64,000 nucleotides of DNA. It comes from Candidatus Poribacteria bacterium. Lineage in GTDB: Bacteria; Poribacteria; WGA-4E; WGA-3G. A program made the position numbers and the translations under genes. Positions within the stretch are counted from its first letter, which is position 1. Every line of letters begins with the position of its first letter. Below the pieces are notes generated by a model. That model saw only the letters and a list, made by a program, of their open reading frames with translations, did no database searches and was not told the DNA's origin. The stretch is from assembly GCA_965215265.1 (NCBI GenBank), contig OZ244048.1, positions 2,688,001-2,752,000 on the forward strand, read 5' to 3'. Below, piece by piece: positions 30,448-40,153 of the stretch.

Positions 30448-33072
30448 TTAGAGATGCCGCCGATTCCAAAACGCGTAAATTAATGCCGTAATCGGAATGG
30501 CTAATACCAAGCCAAGCGTACCAGCGAGCAGACGCACAATCTCTGCAGACACCACACCGATGCTCAATAACTGCGCCGGCGGTGCCTTAAAAAAGTCCAG
30601 ATTCGGCGCAGCGATGGTGATTACCAACAGCAACTCCACCCCTAAATACGCAAACACTAACGTATTCACCATCGTGCCCAGAATATCCGTACCAACGTTC
30701 AATCCAGAAGCGATGAGCCGCCACGTCGGCATGTTCGGATTCGCACGACGAATCTCCTCCATGCTTGAGGCGACTTCAATCGCCCCGTCAACAGCAACAC
30801 CCAACACACCCATCAACATACCTGCTAACAGAATCTGCACGAAATCAAAAGGCGGTGTTCGCGTGGCTTCTACAATATCCGCTGAAATCGCATTCTCTAA
30901 ACCTGAAAAATGGAGATGGCGCTGCGCAAATAACACTATTAAACCCGAAACGAGAATGCCACCCATGGTACCCAGCACCGCTGAAAACGTCTTCCGGCTC
31001 GGACCGATAACAAATACTAACGACACAAACGCAACCGCACCGGAGGTTAACGTTACAATAAAAACAGCGTTCGCGCCTTGCAATATCATCGGCAGCATAA
31101 AGAAATAGATCACCGCCCCTGAAATTAGCATCGCGCACGCAGTACGAATCCCCTCTATCCTACCCACAACGATGATTAGCAATAACATACCCCCAACGAG
31201 CCACACCAGGAATCCATCGCGTCCATATTCTTGAACGATATTCACAAGCCCCATCCGTTCTGCATCCCCGCCGACACGGCATAGCACTATATCCCCCGGC
31301 TCCGCCGGTATGCTCAATAACGGCATATTGTGGTTAACAATATTTCGTAATACGATGCGCCGCCCTTTATACAGTCCGCTCAGCAACTCAACCTCAAGGA
31401 TGTGATGCTCTGTCTTCGTGTCATAAACATTAAGTGCCGGGACGGAAGAGGTGCTGCCCGATGCCGGAAACTGTTCGCGAATGCTGTACGTCTGCTCGTA
31501 TGTTTTATCTGAAATCAGCCAACGGCTATCTTTCCACGGTTTAATCGAAACAGAAACATCATCTGAAATAAGAATGTTCTGCCGAGTAAAGACTTCACGC
31601 AAACCCACCGAAAACATCTTATTGTCCAAATCCACGCTATAATCCGCATCAACCGAAAAAAGAAACTCCCCACTCGACTCAAGCAGCCGGATAACCTTCC
31701 CCTTCGCATACTCCGAACGGGTGAGGAGTTGTCCCTCTGCATCATGATTTTCACTAATTGTCGCAGAATTTCGCTGCACGCCATAGTAAACCGTAACCGT
31801 TCCAATTAGCACAAGTACCATCGTAATCGGCACCGCTATGCGCGACGCACTCCGCGGATTATCCGCACGGAACAATTCTTCTAACTCTGCCTCCGAAGGC
31901 AAATCGTCGTGGATATCCGATTGCTCTACCTTCGCGTACCGCGTCAAGAACCCGGCTATCCCTGCCGCAATCGGCACCGTCAACACCAATCCAATCGTTC
32001 CAACAACTGCTTGCACTATCGCAATCGATGTCGCCTCATCGTTCACCAGCCGCAGGAACGGGTAAAGCACCCCTGCCTCCGGAAAATCAATGCGCGGCAG
32101 CAACATGGTGATTAGGTGTGCACCCAGATACGCGAAAATCAACGTATCCGCCATCGTACCCATAATGTCGCGCCCCACATTCAAACCTGCACGAATCGAC
32201 TGCCGCACCGTGATGTTCGGGTTCACCTGTTTCACCTCGTGGACACTTGACGAAATCGACATGCTCACATCCATCATCGCGCCTACAGCGCCCAAAATGA
32301 TGCCCGCTGACAGGATACCCGCAAAATCCCAACCGTGCGACACAGGTGTCCGCCACAACGCAATCCCCAACTCTAAAAAGCCGAACTCTTGTGCCAAACC
32401 CGTCAGCACCAGCACATGTTGACTCAACACCGACAGTACCCCTACTGCTGCCAAGCCACCAAGCGTCCCCAGTACTCCTGAAACTACCTTGAAACTGAAA
32501 CCCGTGATTAGCACGAACGTCGTCAACGTTAAGACTACAGCAATCAATAGCGCAACCGCAATCGGATTGTAACCACTCAACGTCAGCGGAACCAGCAGAT
32601 AAATCACTGCCAATGCTGTGAAAAACAACATCAGAATTGCCCGTACACCTTTCGTGCCTGCAACTAAAATCATTAAAATGCATAAACCCGCGGCAAGATA
32701 GAGCAGAAACGGTGTCCGGAAATACTCGCGCATCCGAACACTCTCAAGCTGCGGATGCACCGGATCGCGGAGCGGAATATCCAGAAACAAGACATCGCCA
32801 CGGTGTAATACCCTATCCCCGAAAGCACGGCCCGTCCAGATATTATTCACTACAACCGTTTCGCCACGGAACTGTCCTGAAAGCACACGGAATGTTAAAA
32901 CCTGGTCCGCCTCATCGCTCGTATCTATGGATATAACACGCCCTAAACAGACCAGCACCTCTAACGCCCCATCGTGCGTAATCTCAGCAAAACGATACAG
33001 CTTAACATGCAGCACTGCAACGCTCACGAGAATCAGTAAGATACTTACCAGTTTAATGTTTCTTTCCCTCAT
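30448..33072 (-). CDS. Tandem YibE/F-family membrane protein (two fused domains)
   Basis: Two copies of GxxxDxxxxxxSSxxE...GLNVGxDIxGTMxxTLxFAYLG...GTxGLVLxxPI. Confidence 0.88.
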   Translation of the reverse strand: MRERNIKLVSILLILVSVAVLHVKLYRFAEITHDGALEVLVCLGRVISIDTSDEADQVLTFRVLSGQFRGETVVVNNIWTGRAFGDRVLHRGDVLFLDIPLRDPVHPQLESVRMREYFRTPFLLYLAAGLCILMILVAGTKGVRAILMLFFTALAVIYLLVPLTLSGYNPIAVALLIAVVLTLTTFVLITGFSFKVVSGVLGTLGGLAAVGVLSVLSQHVLVLTGLAQEFGFLELGIALWRTPVSHGWDFAGILSAGIILGAVGAMMDVSMSISSSVHEVKQVNPNITVRQSIRAGLNVGRDIMGTMADTLIFAYLGAHLITMLLPRIDFPEAGVLYPFLRLVNDEATSIAIVQAVVGTIGLVLTVPIAAGIAGFLTRYAKVEQSDIHDDLPSEAELEELFRADNPRSASRIAVPITMVLVLIGTVTVYYGVQRNSATISENHDAEGQLLTRSEYAKGKVIRLLESSGEFLFSVDADYSVDLDNKMFSVGLREVFTRQNILISDDVSVSIKPWKDSRWLISDKTYEQTYSIREQFPASGSTSSVPALNVYDTKTEHHILEVELLSGLYKGRRIVLRNIVNHNMPLLSIPAEPGDIVLCRVGGDAERMGLVNIVQEYGRDGFLVWLVGGMLLLIIVVGRIEGIRTACAMLISGAVIYFFMLPMILQGANAVFIVTLTSGAVAFVSLVFVIGPSRKTFSAVLGTMGGILVSGLIVLFAQRHLHFSGLENAISADIVEATRTPPFDFVQILLAGMLMGVLGVAVDGAIEVASSMEEIRRANPNMPTWRLIASGLNVGTDILGTMVNTLVFAYLGVELLLVITIAAPNLDFFKAPPAQLLSIGVVSAEIVRLLAGTLGLVLAIPITALIYAFWNRRHL

Positions 33073-33092
33073 GTCTTCTCTTTGTCCTTTCA

Positions 33093-33310
33093 CGTTTTTT
33101 TGTATATTTCAGCCCGATAACGCCTGATGTATTGTCAATGACTGTGAAAATCTCGTTTTTTTGTATATTTCAGCCCGATAACGCCTGATGTATTGTCAAT
33201 GACTGTGAAAATCTCGTTTTTTTGTATATTTCAGCTCGATAATGCATTATGTATTGTCAATGACTGTGAAAATCTCGTCGGAGCCTCTTGATGTATTGAC
33301 TCTAAATATA
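33093..33310 (+). repeat. Dispersed repeat family, copies B1-B3 (three tandem 61-bp units plus tail)
   Basis: Units start at 33093, 33154 and 33215; units 1 and 2 are identical; unit 3 continues into CGTCGGAGCC..TGATGTATTG. Confidence 0.92.
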
Positions 33311-33374
33311 ACCCTCCTTCTCCAACTCAGACAATACAAGCTCCTCAATCTCACGCGGATGCCCACCTTGCTCT

Positions 33375-35294
33375 CTAAAGGTACCTCCGGAGACGCTCTG
33401 CAACGCGCCGGGGGATGCCCTTTACAGCGAGAAGCTCATCCAGACTCGCCTCACGAATTGCTTCAACTGAACCGAAATGGTAGAGCAACGCCTGTTTACG
33501 CTTCGGCCCCACGTTCGGAATTGCATCCAAAACCGATTCGCTGAGCGCATTCTGCCGGAGCTGCCGATGATACGTCACTGCGAACCGATGCGCTTCATCG
33601 CGTAAACGCTGGATAAGGTGCAACGTAGGGTTATCCTCACGTAGCACTATCGGTTCGCGTTTACCCGGAACAAAAATCTCTTCAATCCGTTTCGCTAGTG
33701 CAATCATAGGAATTTTGGATATCACATCTGCCTTTGTCTGTTCTTGCTTGCCGGCACGATTGACAACCTGTTCAAGTGCGCCTTGTGCTGCCCCCAACTG
33801 CCCTTTTCCACCGTCTATCAGAATTAAGTCTGGCAATCGGCTAAATTTCTCATCTCCGAGCACTGCCCGGCGAAATCGCCGCGTCACCACCTCGCTCATC
33901 ATTGCAAAATCGTTCTGTCCGACAACCGACCGGATCTTAAACCGACGATACTCCGAAGAAACAGGTTCACCATCCTCCAGCACGACCAGGGAACCGACGG
34001 CAAAACTATCCCCTAAATTCGAAATGTCAAACGCCTCAATCCGTCTCAGCGGATGAGGCAGACGCAACAACTCCTGTAACTCAACCAGTGCCGGATGAAC
34101 CCCACGGCTATAGACAACGTGCTGCTCACGCTCCGTCAGCAGGAGGTCCGCGTTCTTCATCGCCAGCGTCACTAAACGTCTAAGTCGCCCGGCTTTAGCA
34201 ACATGCAACGTTACACGGCTACCTCGCTTTGCTGTCAACCACCTCTCAAGTAACTCTACCGACTCAAGAATCGGTGTCGGCAATACAATCGTCTTCGGAA
34301 CGAAAACCGCATTCTGGTAATACTGCGAGATAAACGCCTTTAAGGCATCAGCTGCAAAATCCGGATTCGCATCGTTCAGATAATAATGCTCACGTTCTAA
34401 GAACTTGCCGTCTCGAACCCGTAATACCTGCACACACGCCACATCATTCTTCACTGCAACCCCGATAACATCTTCATCCACCGCCGTGACGCTATCCAAA
34501 CTGTGTGCTTTAAACGCATCCTGAATCTCCTTGAGCATATCCCGATATTTTGCCGCTGCCTCAAAATCAAGTCCTGACGCGGCCGCCGCCATCTGCTCCC
34601 TCAACTCTGCAACAACCGCATCTGTCTGACCGTCTAACACTTTACACAATTTTTGGACGATTCCACCGTAATCTTCAACATCTATCTTATCCGCACAAGG
34701 CCCCGGACACCGACCGATATGATAATCCAAACACATCCGGTGCCGGTTCCCTGACTTTTCAAGCGAGAGATGGCAAGTACGGATAGGAAATAACTTCGTC
34801 AACTGTTTCAAGATCTGCCGCGTCGAACGGACTCGAACGTACGGCCCAAAATACCGGCTCCCGTCACTCTCCGCTTTACGGGTAATCTGAATCCGCGGAA
34901 ACGGTTCGTTCACCGTTACACGCAAATACGGGTAACGCTTGTCATCTTTCAGCTTTACATTGTAGCGCGGCTGATGCGCCTTAATTAGGTTATTCTCCAG
35001 AATCAGTGCCTCCATTTCCGTCTCCGTCACGATGTAGTCCACTGCTGTCACATAACGCATCAACTGTGCTGTCATCGGAGACATCTCCGCTGACTCTTGA
35101 ACGTTCACCTTACGCGCCCCTTTGGAATTCCTTTGAACATTACGCCAATACGAACGTACACGTTCCCGCAAACGTGAGCTCTTACCGACATAAATAATTG
35201 CACCATCTGAGGCTTTCATCAGGTAAACCCCCGGTGCATTCGGCAGAGATTGCCACGGTTCTGGGCGGTTCTTTAAAGATTGTTCATGCCCCAT
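33375..35294 (-). CDS. uvrC: Excinuclease ABC subunit C
   Basis: GIY-YIG (PGVYLM..IYVGKS), RIEAFDISN, IDGGKGQL, RDEAHRFA, HhH. Confidence 0.97.
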   Translation of the reverse strand: MGHEQSLKNRPEPWQSLPNAPGVYLMKASDGAIIYVGKSSRLRERVRSYWRNVQRNSKGARKVNVQESAEMSPMTAQLMRYVTAVDYIVTETEMEALILENNLIKAHQPRYNVKLKDDKRYPYLRVTVNEPFPRIQITRKAESDGSRYFGPYVRVRSTRQILKQLTKLFPIRTCHLSLEKSGNRHRMCLDYHIGRCPGPCADKIDVEDYGGIVQKLCKVLDGQTDAVVAELREQMAAAASGLDFEAAAKYRDMLKEIQDAFKAHSLDSVTAVDEDVIGVAVKNDVACVQVLRVRDGKFLEREHYYLNDANPDFAADALKAFISQYYQNAVFVPKTIVLPTPILESVELLERWLTAKRGSRVTLHVAKAGRLRRLVTLAMKNADLLLTEREQHVVYSRGVHPALVELQELLRLPHPLRRIEAFDISNLGDSFAVGSLVVLEDGEPVSSEYRRFKIRSVVGQNDFAMMSEVVTRRFRRAVLGDEKFSRLPDLILIDGGKGQLGAAQGALEQVVNRAGKQEQTKADVISKIPMIALAKRIEEIFVPGKREPIVLREDNPTLHLIQRLRDEAHRFAVTYHRQLRQNALSESVLDAIPNVGPKRKQALLYHFGSVEAIREASLDELLAVKGIPRRVAERLRRYL

Positions 35295-35297
35295 CGC

Positions 35298-35999
35298 TCA
35301 ACTCCCCTTCTCATATACTGCCCGATAAATCTCTCTACCCTCTGCAACGTACTTCATCTCAAAATTCGTCGGAATGTGTTCATCGTCACACAAATTCTGT
35401 TCAACACGTCGAAGCGGCGTGAACCCCCGAACTCGCTCTTGAATCTCCAAAAAATACTCTGCATAGTCTGTCACCACATACAGTCGACCGCCGTCTGCCG
35501 TTAACGTGCAGGTTACGCCTGACAGAAACTCCGGATTCCGAAAAATACGGCGTTTACGCTGCCGTTTCTTCGGCCACGGATCGGGGAAATAGATATGATA
35601 CGCCTGAACAGATTCTGCAGCAACATAACGATTCAAAAAGTAATTTGCATCCGTCCAGACCAGCCTGACGTTATCGAACATCCCATTTTGCTTCTCTACA
35701 GCAAAATGCCGCATGTACTTCTCAAACCGTTCACGTGTAATCTCGACGTACTTTTGCGCCCGCTCCACCCCAACGTAGTTAATATCCGGTCGTCGTTTTG
35801 AAGCCTCAAGCAAAAACCGTCCCTTTCCGCTCCCGACCTCGATTTCCACCGGATTCGCATTCCCAAAAATCGCCGCCCAGTCAATCGGCGTACTCACCTC
35901 GCTGAGACTCACAGCCGTCTCTCCAACAATATCTATCAACTGCGAGTGTCGCGTTGTCGATTCATAATAGATGGCATTATAGCGAGGTTCTTCATTCAT
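35298..35999 (-). CDS. trmB: tRNA (guanine-N7)-methyltransferase
   Basis: EIEVGSGKG, FPDPWPKKR, TD, TNFEMKY. Confidence 0.95.
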   Translation of the reverse strand: MNEEPRYNAIYYESTTRHSQLIDIVGETAVSLSEVSTPIDWAAIFGNANPVEIEVGSGKGRFLLEASKRRPDINYVGVERAQKYVEITRERFEKYMRHFAVEKQNGMFDNVRLVWTDANYFLNRYVAAESVQAYHIYFPDPWPKKRQRKRRIFRNPEFLSGVTCTLTADGGRLYVVTDYAEYFLEIQERVRGFTPLRRVEQNLCDDEHIPTNFEMKYVAEGREIYRAVYEKGS

Positions 36000-36049
36000 A
36001 TTTTTATATATCTCCGTACCATCACCGTTTATTTATTCTTTTGATGGTT

Positions 36050-36176
36050 CGTGTGTAAATCTCGTCGGAGGTTAACTAGGTAATGTCTTTAAAATCTAAA
36101 CATAAACGGCTCAGATGAGATTTTCACAGGTTTTAACATTGCAGCAGCCTTTATTGGGCTGAAATATACGAAAAAT
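36050..36176. repeat. Dispersed repeat family: partial copy E (+, 36050-36071) and full copy C (-, 36088-36176), inverted
   Basis: Plus strand GTGTGTAAATCTCGTCGGAG; minus strand TTTTCGTATATTTCAGC-29nt-TGTGAAAATCTCATCTGAGCCG. Confidence 0.85.
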
Positions 36177-36188
36177 CTTCCTCCTATA

Positions 36189-38915
36189 CTATGTACCCTC
36201 AGCATCCAATGCTGCTAATATTTTCTCACGCACCGATTGCGTATCCGGAACTGGCTTAACATAGAACCGGTCCACCGCCTGCCCATCTAAGGCTGAACAC
36301 TTACACATCTCAACATTCAAACCCAGCTTCGCGAGGATGCCACTGAAATAGTACAGAAACCCGACCTTTTCCTCACCTCTCACAACAATCTCCGTATAGT
36401 TTCGCGTCGATTCAACCCGTACATCGTCAAAATGCCAGCTCCCACTCGTGCTAACGTAGTGCTTTTCAAAAATTTCATCCAATGTTGTCTCCTGCGCCAT
36501 CAAGCCTCGAATGTCAAAATCAAGTGAACGTTTCAGCTCTTCATCCAGCGGCATCGGTTCCCGTTGATGCGGCGGCTGATGAACCAGCCGGTAAATTTCG
36601 ATCTCTACATTTGTATCCCGTTTCGTGTAGACCTGCGCATCCCGCACATCTATGTTATTCGCAAAAAAGAGACCGCTCACCGTGTGGAGCTTACCTAGAC
36701 GACTGGCACTACACAAGTGCAATTCCGTGAAACCCGGCTTATCCGTAAATTGGATAATCGCAGCACTCGCACTTTGTGCATCACTCGTGCCTATGTTGTT
36801 TTCCGCTTGCGTAACCATCCTAATGTGCATCGCTATTTCCGCATGTGTCACGCCGATACGGTAAGAGACGGGCATCTGCTGCAGGAATGCCTGAAATTCC
36901 TCCGGTGGCGAATACACGCCCCACTGGGACTCATCTTGACCGACAAAACGACTCCGGATTACTTCATACAATCTTTTAAGGTTATGCTTAACGAGATTAC
37001 TAAAGTTGTGTGGACCGTTCGCTTTAGAATCACAATAGGTCAGCAGATAGAGCGCTGTTAAACGTTCCAACGAATTTACCTTATCACAAAATGCCGAAAT
37101 CATCCGTTCATCCCACTGATGATAACGCGCTAACACAATCATTGTCAAATGCTCACGGATCAGAAAACAGATCTCCTCTGTTTGCTGCGCCGTAAAACCG
37201 AACGCAGGCGAAATACGACGCGCTTTCTCCGCACCCGTCTCCGGATGCCGAGAATCCGGTTTATCAATATCGTGCAGGAACAGGGCCATGTATAGAAGAC
37301 TCGCATCCGATAACGAACGGAAAGCACCGTTCAACTCCTCCAATTCTGAGGCCGGAGAAGACGACAGCACCGAACCCATACGCGCAACACCGAACGGACT
37401 GCTTGACTCCGTTTGGCGAATTTCATCCAAATATCCAATCGCAACCAATGTATGCTTACCCACAGTATAAGGGTCTAAACTCCGTTCACTCCGTGTCATC
37501 ATCGCCTTTTCAAAACGCTTACCACCTTCTCCGAGGCGAGCCAGAATCCCTAAACGGTGTAGACGGGTTAGACTCTTCTCAACGTCACCCGGCAAGTTCA
37601 TCAACTCCGCCATGCGTCCTTGAAAACTTTTTAAGTCGAACGCCGAAGCATAAGCAAAAATAAAACTCGCAAGAGAAGCATCAATTTCAAAATCATACTG
37701 TTGGAAATACGAAAATAACTCAAACAGTTCATCTACATCAAACTCTCCGAAGTTATTATCAATGCAGTATAACAAATCGCGACGCACACCCAGTACATCC
37801 GAAAACGGTATACCGTTCGCCAGGAGCCGACGAATCAACAACTCCGCTTTCAAGTGCAAATACTTCGCCTGCGTGTAATACGCCTCCATAAATTCATACC
37901 GGCCGGCCTCCGACGGCTCACCATCGGCCGCCACCATCGGATATCCCAGTGCCTCCGCTATTTGTGATTGAAGCTGATCTCCTGCTTCCGGATGGTAAGA
38001 TAGAACATCGTGCGATGCATTCGCCAAAACATGCAGAAGATTCCGAACCTGCAAAACATAATCAAGAGCCGCCGTCAAATCCTCATCACCCAAACGCCCA
38101 TACAACTCAGAAATCGACCTAAACTCTGAAAGTCCATACATCCAAAACGCATACTGGATAGTTCGCAAACCACCACGCCCAATTTTTACATCCGGTTGAT
38201 TCAGGTAGATGGTCTCCTCCGATTCCTTGAAAGTCGCCTCCTTCGATTTCAGTAAGTCCAAAACCAGACCTACATCGCATTTCTCTTCCTGAACCGCTTT
38301 TTTAAAACAGGGCAGAAGCGCAGTATCACCCACAATAAAACGCATATCAATCAACGCCGTGATGTCCTGATAATTCCACTTACTCATTTCACCTATCGGC
38401 CGGTAAATAAAACTAAACTCAAACCCCGGTATTACCGTATGCAGACTATCGAAAAAATCGTAAAACCAACGAATCAATTCAAGTGTCCGCTCATCGTAAA
38501 CCTCCTCAAGGTCTACCGTAGACGTGTACACAACGTCTACATCTGAATAGTAACACAACTCACGCCGCCCGTAACTCCCAACCGCATACAACGCAATATC
38601 CGGAACCCATGAATCCTCCGTAGATACGCCCGGCTTCTCTACAGCCATACCATCCTCAGCCTGCAACTTCGATATCCATTCAAGTTGCTGCGCATATTCT
38701 GACTGAATCTGATAACTCGCAACTTGATAAACCTTCCGGATAGCCGCATCCCAGATCTCCGTATGCCAAGAACACGCAGAAAAACCACCCTCACCATCCA
38801 ATACGCATGTTCTGAGACGAGTGCGCTCCGCTTGGATGAATGCTGATAACTGTTTTTGTAGCACGCTAAAAGAAATATTCAAATTCGGAACGTATGATTC
38901 AACACAATTTTCCAT
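36189..38915 (-). CDS. glnD: [Protein-PII] uridylyltransferase/uridylyl-removing enzyme
   Basis: AVGSYGRRELCYYSDVD nucleotidyltransferase motif, PDVKIGRGGLR, HD domain (YTVGKHT..LHDIDK), two C-terminal ACT domains. Confidence 0.92.
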   Translation of the reverse strand: MENCVESYVPNLNISFSVLQKQLSAFIQAERTRLRTCVLDGEGGFSACSWHTEIWDAAIRKVYQVASYQIQSEYAQQLEWISKLQAEDGMAVEKPGVSTEDSWVPDIALYAVGSYGRRELCYYSDVDVVYTSTVDLEEVYDERTLELIRWFYDFFDSLHTVIPGFEFSFIYRPIGEMSKWNYQDITALIDMRFIVGDTALLPCFKKAVQEEKCDVGLVLDLLKSKEATFKESEETIYLNQPDVKIGRGGLRTIQYAFWMYGLSEFRSISELYGRLGDEDLTAALDYVLQVRNLLHVLANASHDVLSYHPEAGDQLQSQIAEALGYPMVAADGEPSEAGRYEFMEAYYTQAKYLHLKAELLIRRLLANGIPFSDVLGVRRDLLYCIDNNFGEFDVDELFELFSYFQQYDFEIDASLASFIFAYASAFDLKSFQGRMAELMNLPGDVEKSLTRLHRLGILARLGEGGKRFEKAMMTRSERSLDPYTVGKHTLVAIGYLDEIRQTESSSPFGVARMGSVLSSSPASELEELNGAFRSLSDASLLYMALFLHDIDKPDSRHPETGAEKARRISPAFGFTAQQTEEICFLIREHLTMIVLARYHQWDERMISAFCDKVNSLERLTALYLLTYCDSKANGPHNFSNLVKHNLKRLYEVIRSRFVGQDESQWGVYSPPEEFQAFLQQMPVSYRIGVTHAEIAMHIRMVTQAENNIGTSDAQSASAAIIQFTDKPGFTELHLCSASRLGKLHTVSGLFFANNIDVRDAQVYTKRDTNVEIEIYRLVHQPPHQREPMPLDEELKRSLDFDIRGLMAQETTLDEIFEKHYVSTSGSWHFDDVRVESTRNYTEIVVRGEEKVGFLYYFSGILAKLGLNVEMCKCSALDGQAVDRFYVKPVPDTQSVREKILAALDAEGT

Positions 38916-39249
38916 GTTTTTTCGGTAAAAGCCTCCTGATTGAGAAAAGACTCACCACTGAATTCACTACCCCTCCTTCTTCATATTATATCAGAGCCAG
39001 CCCTCAAAAAGCAACACTTTTTATCAAGCCCACCCTTACAGATCCGGTTAATCCACAATATAGAAATGTATACCTAAACACCGTAAAGGCGAGCGCCTGA
39101 GTGCGATGTCACGCTTTGCGCGGAATGCCACCTAAGGGACTCCCACCCGGAGAAGCCCATAAACGGCTTCATACCCGCTCAATCCTATCAAACACTCATA
39201 GCGTTGAGGCGAATTTGATTCGGTACACCACGTCTATATGTCGGCACCT

Positions 39250-39279
39250 TTGACAATTTTAAGCCCTCTATGTTATAAT
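39250..39279 (+). promoter_or_regulatory. Sigma70 promoter of the catabolic cluster
   Basis: TTGACA-18nt-TATAAT with extended TG. Confidence 0.7.
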
Positions 39280-39334
39280 CCTAGCAAAATATCGCTCCCA
39301 GAAGACACCTAAAAACATACACGGCAGCAATATC

Positions 39335-40153
39335 ATGAATCATAACAGCCCACATCACTGGTCATTTGACTACAATTACGGTGCGCAAAACCCTCAATTT
39401 TCAGAAGAATTAATTGAAACCCTCTGCGCATGTTACACCAGCACAATAGACACTGCGGATGTACACACTATCACGCATGTCTACAATATCCTACCAAACT
39501 ATTGGCGCGGCTATGCCGGAGGAGACACCCAGCAAAAACTCAGTATCGGCACTGCCACCGTCGAACGGACCAGGCGCGACGATAGCCTATGGCACTACGC
39601 CATCCAATACCAAAATACCACAAGCGGCGAAAATTTAAAAATCCAATTCCGTTGTCGTGATGAAGAATACCGCCCCCTCGACGGCAGCTGGCATATTGAA
39701 GCTCACAATAGTGCGAGCGATGAATATTCACGATTAACCTGCCACGGTGCTGTTTGTTCACCGCAGCTCACAAACCCACACCGGCCATCAAAAGCAGATA
39801 CAGAAATACGCCTCTCCATCAATCGCACTCAAATCGTCGCCGGAACAGTTGACAGGCCTCTCAAACTCACCTGCAATTGGGCACTTTTCGATATTATCCC
39901 CGAATTGGCACACACAATCCAAGAGGCAGACGTAGAACTCGCCCTGCTTGAAGACTTGGAGCAACTCAGGAAAAACAGCACACTCGGTTTCCTTGAATCA
40001 ATACAGACACCTTGTCCGCTTGACGGTTACTACCTCTACGGTACCGGACTTTTGCCTTCCTATTGGTGGCTCGATGCACACGGGAACATCGCAATTTTCT
40101 CAAGCACTTTCGAGACGTGGGTACTCAAACACAAAAGTGGAGGAACGCCATGA
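39335..40153 (+). CDS. Hypothetical protein
   Basis: 272-aa ORF coupled to the sulfatase by an ATGA overlap. Confidence 0.75.
   Translation: MNHNSPHHWSFDYNYGAQNPQFSEELIETLCACYTSTIDTADVHTITHVYNILPNYWRGYAGGDTQQKLSIGTATVERTRRDDSLWHYAIQYQNTTSGENLKIQFRCRDEEYRPLDGSWHIEAHNSASDEYSRLTCHGAVCSPQLTNPHRPSKADTEIRLSINRTQIVAGTVDRPLKLTCNWALFDIIPELAHTIQEADVELALLEDLEQLRKNSTLGFLESIQTPCPLDGYYLYGTGLLPSYWWLDAHGNIAIFSSTFETWVLKHKSGGTP

Noticed and set aside
33093-33278. CRISPR array (61-bp period)
   Set aside because: Whole units are duplicated, so there are no unique spacers; there is no palindromic repeat and no cas genes
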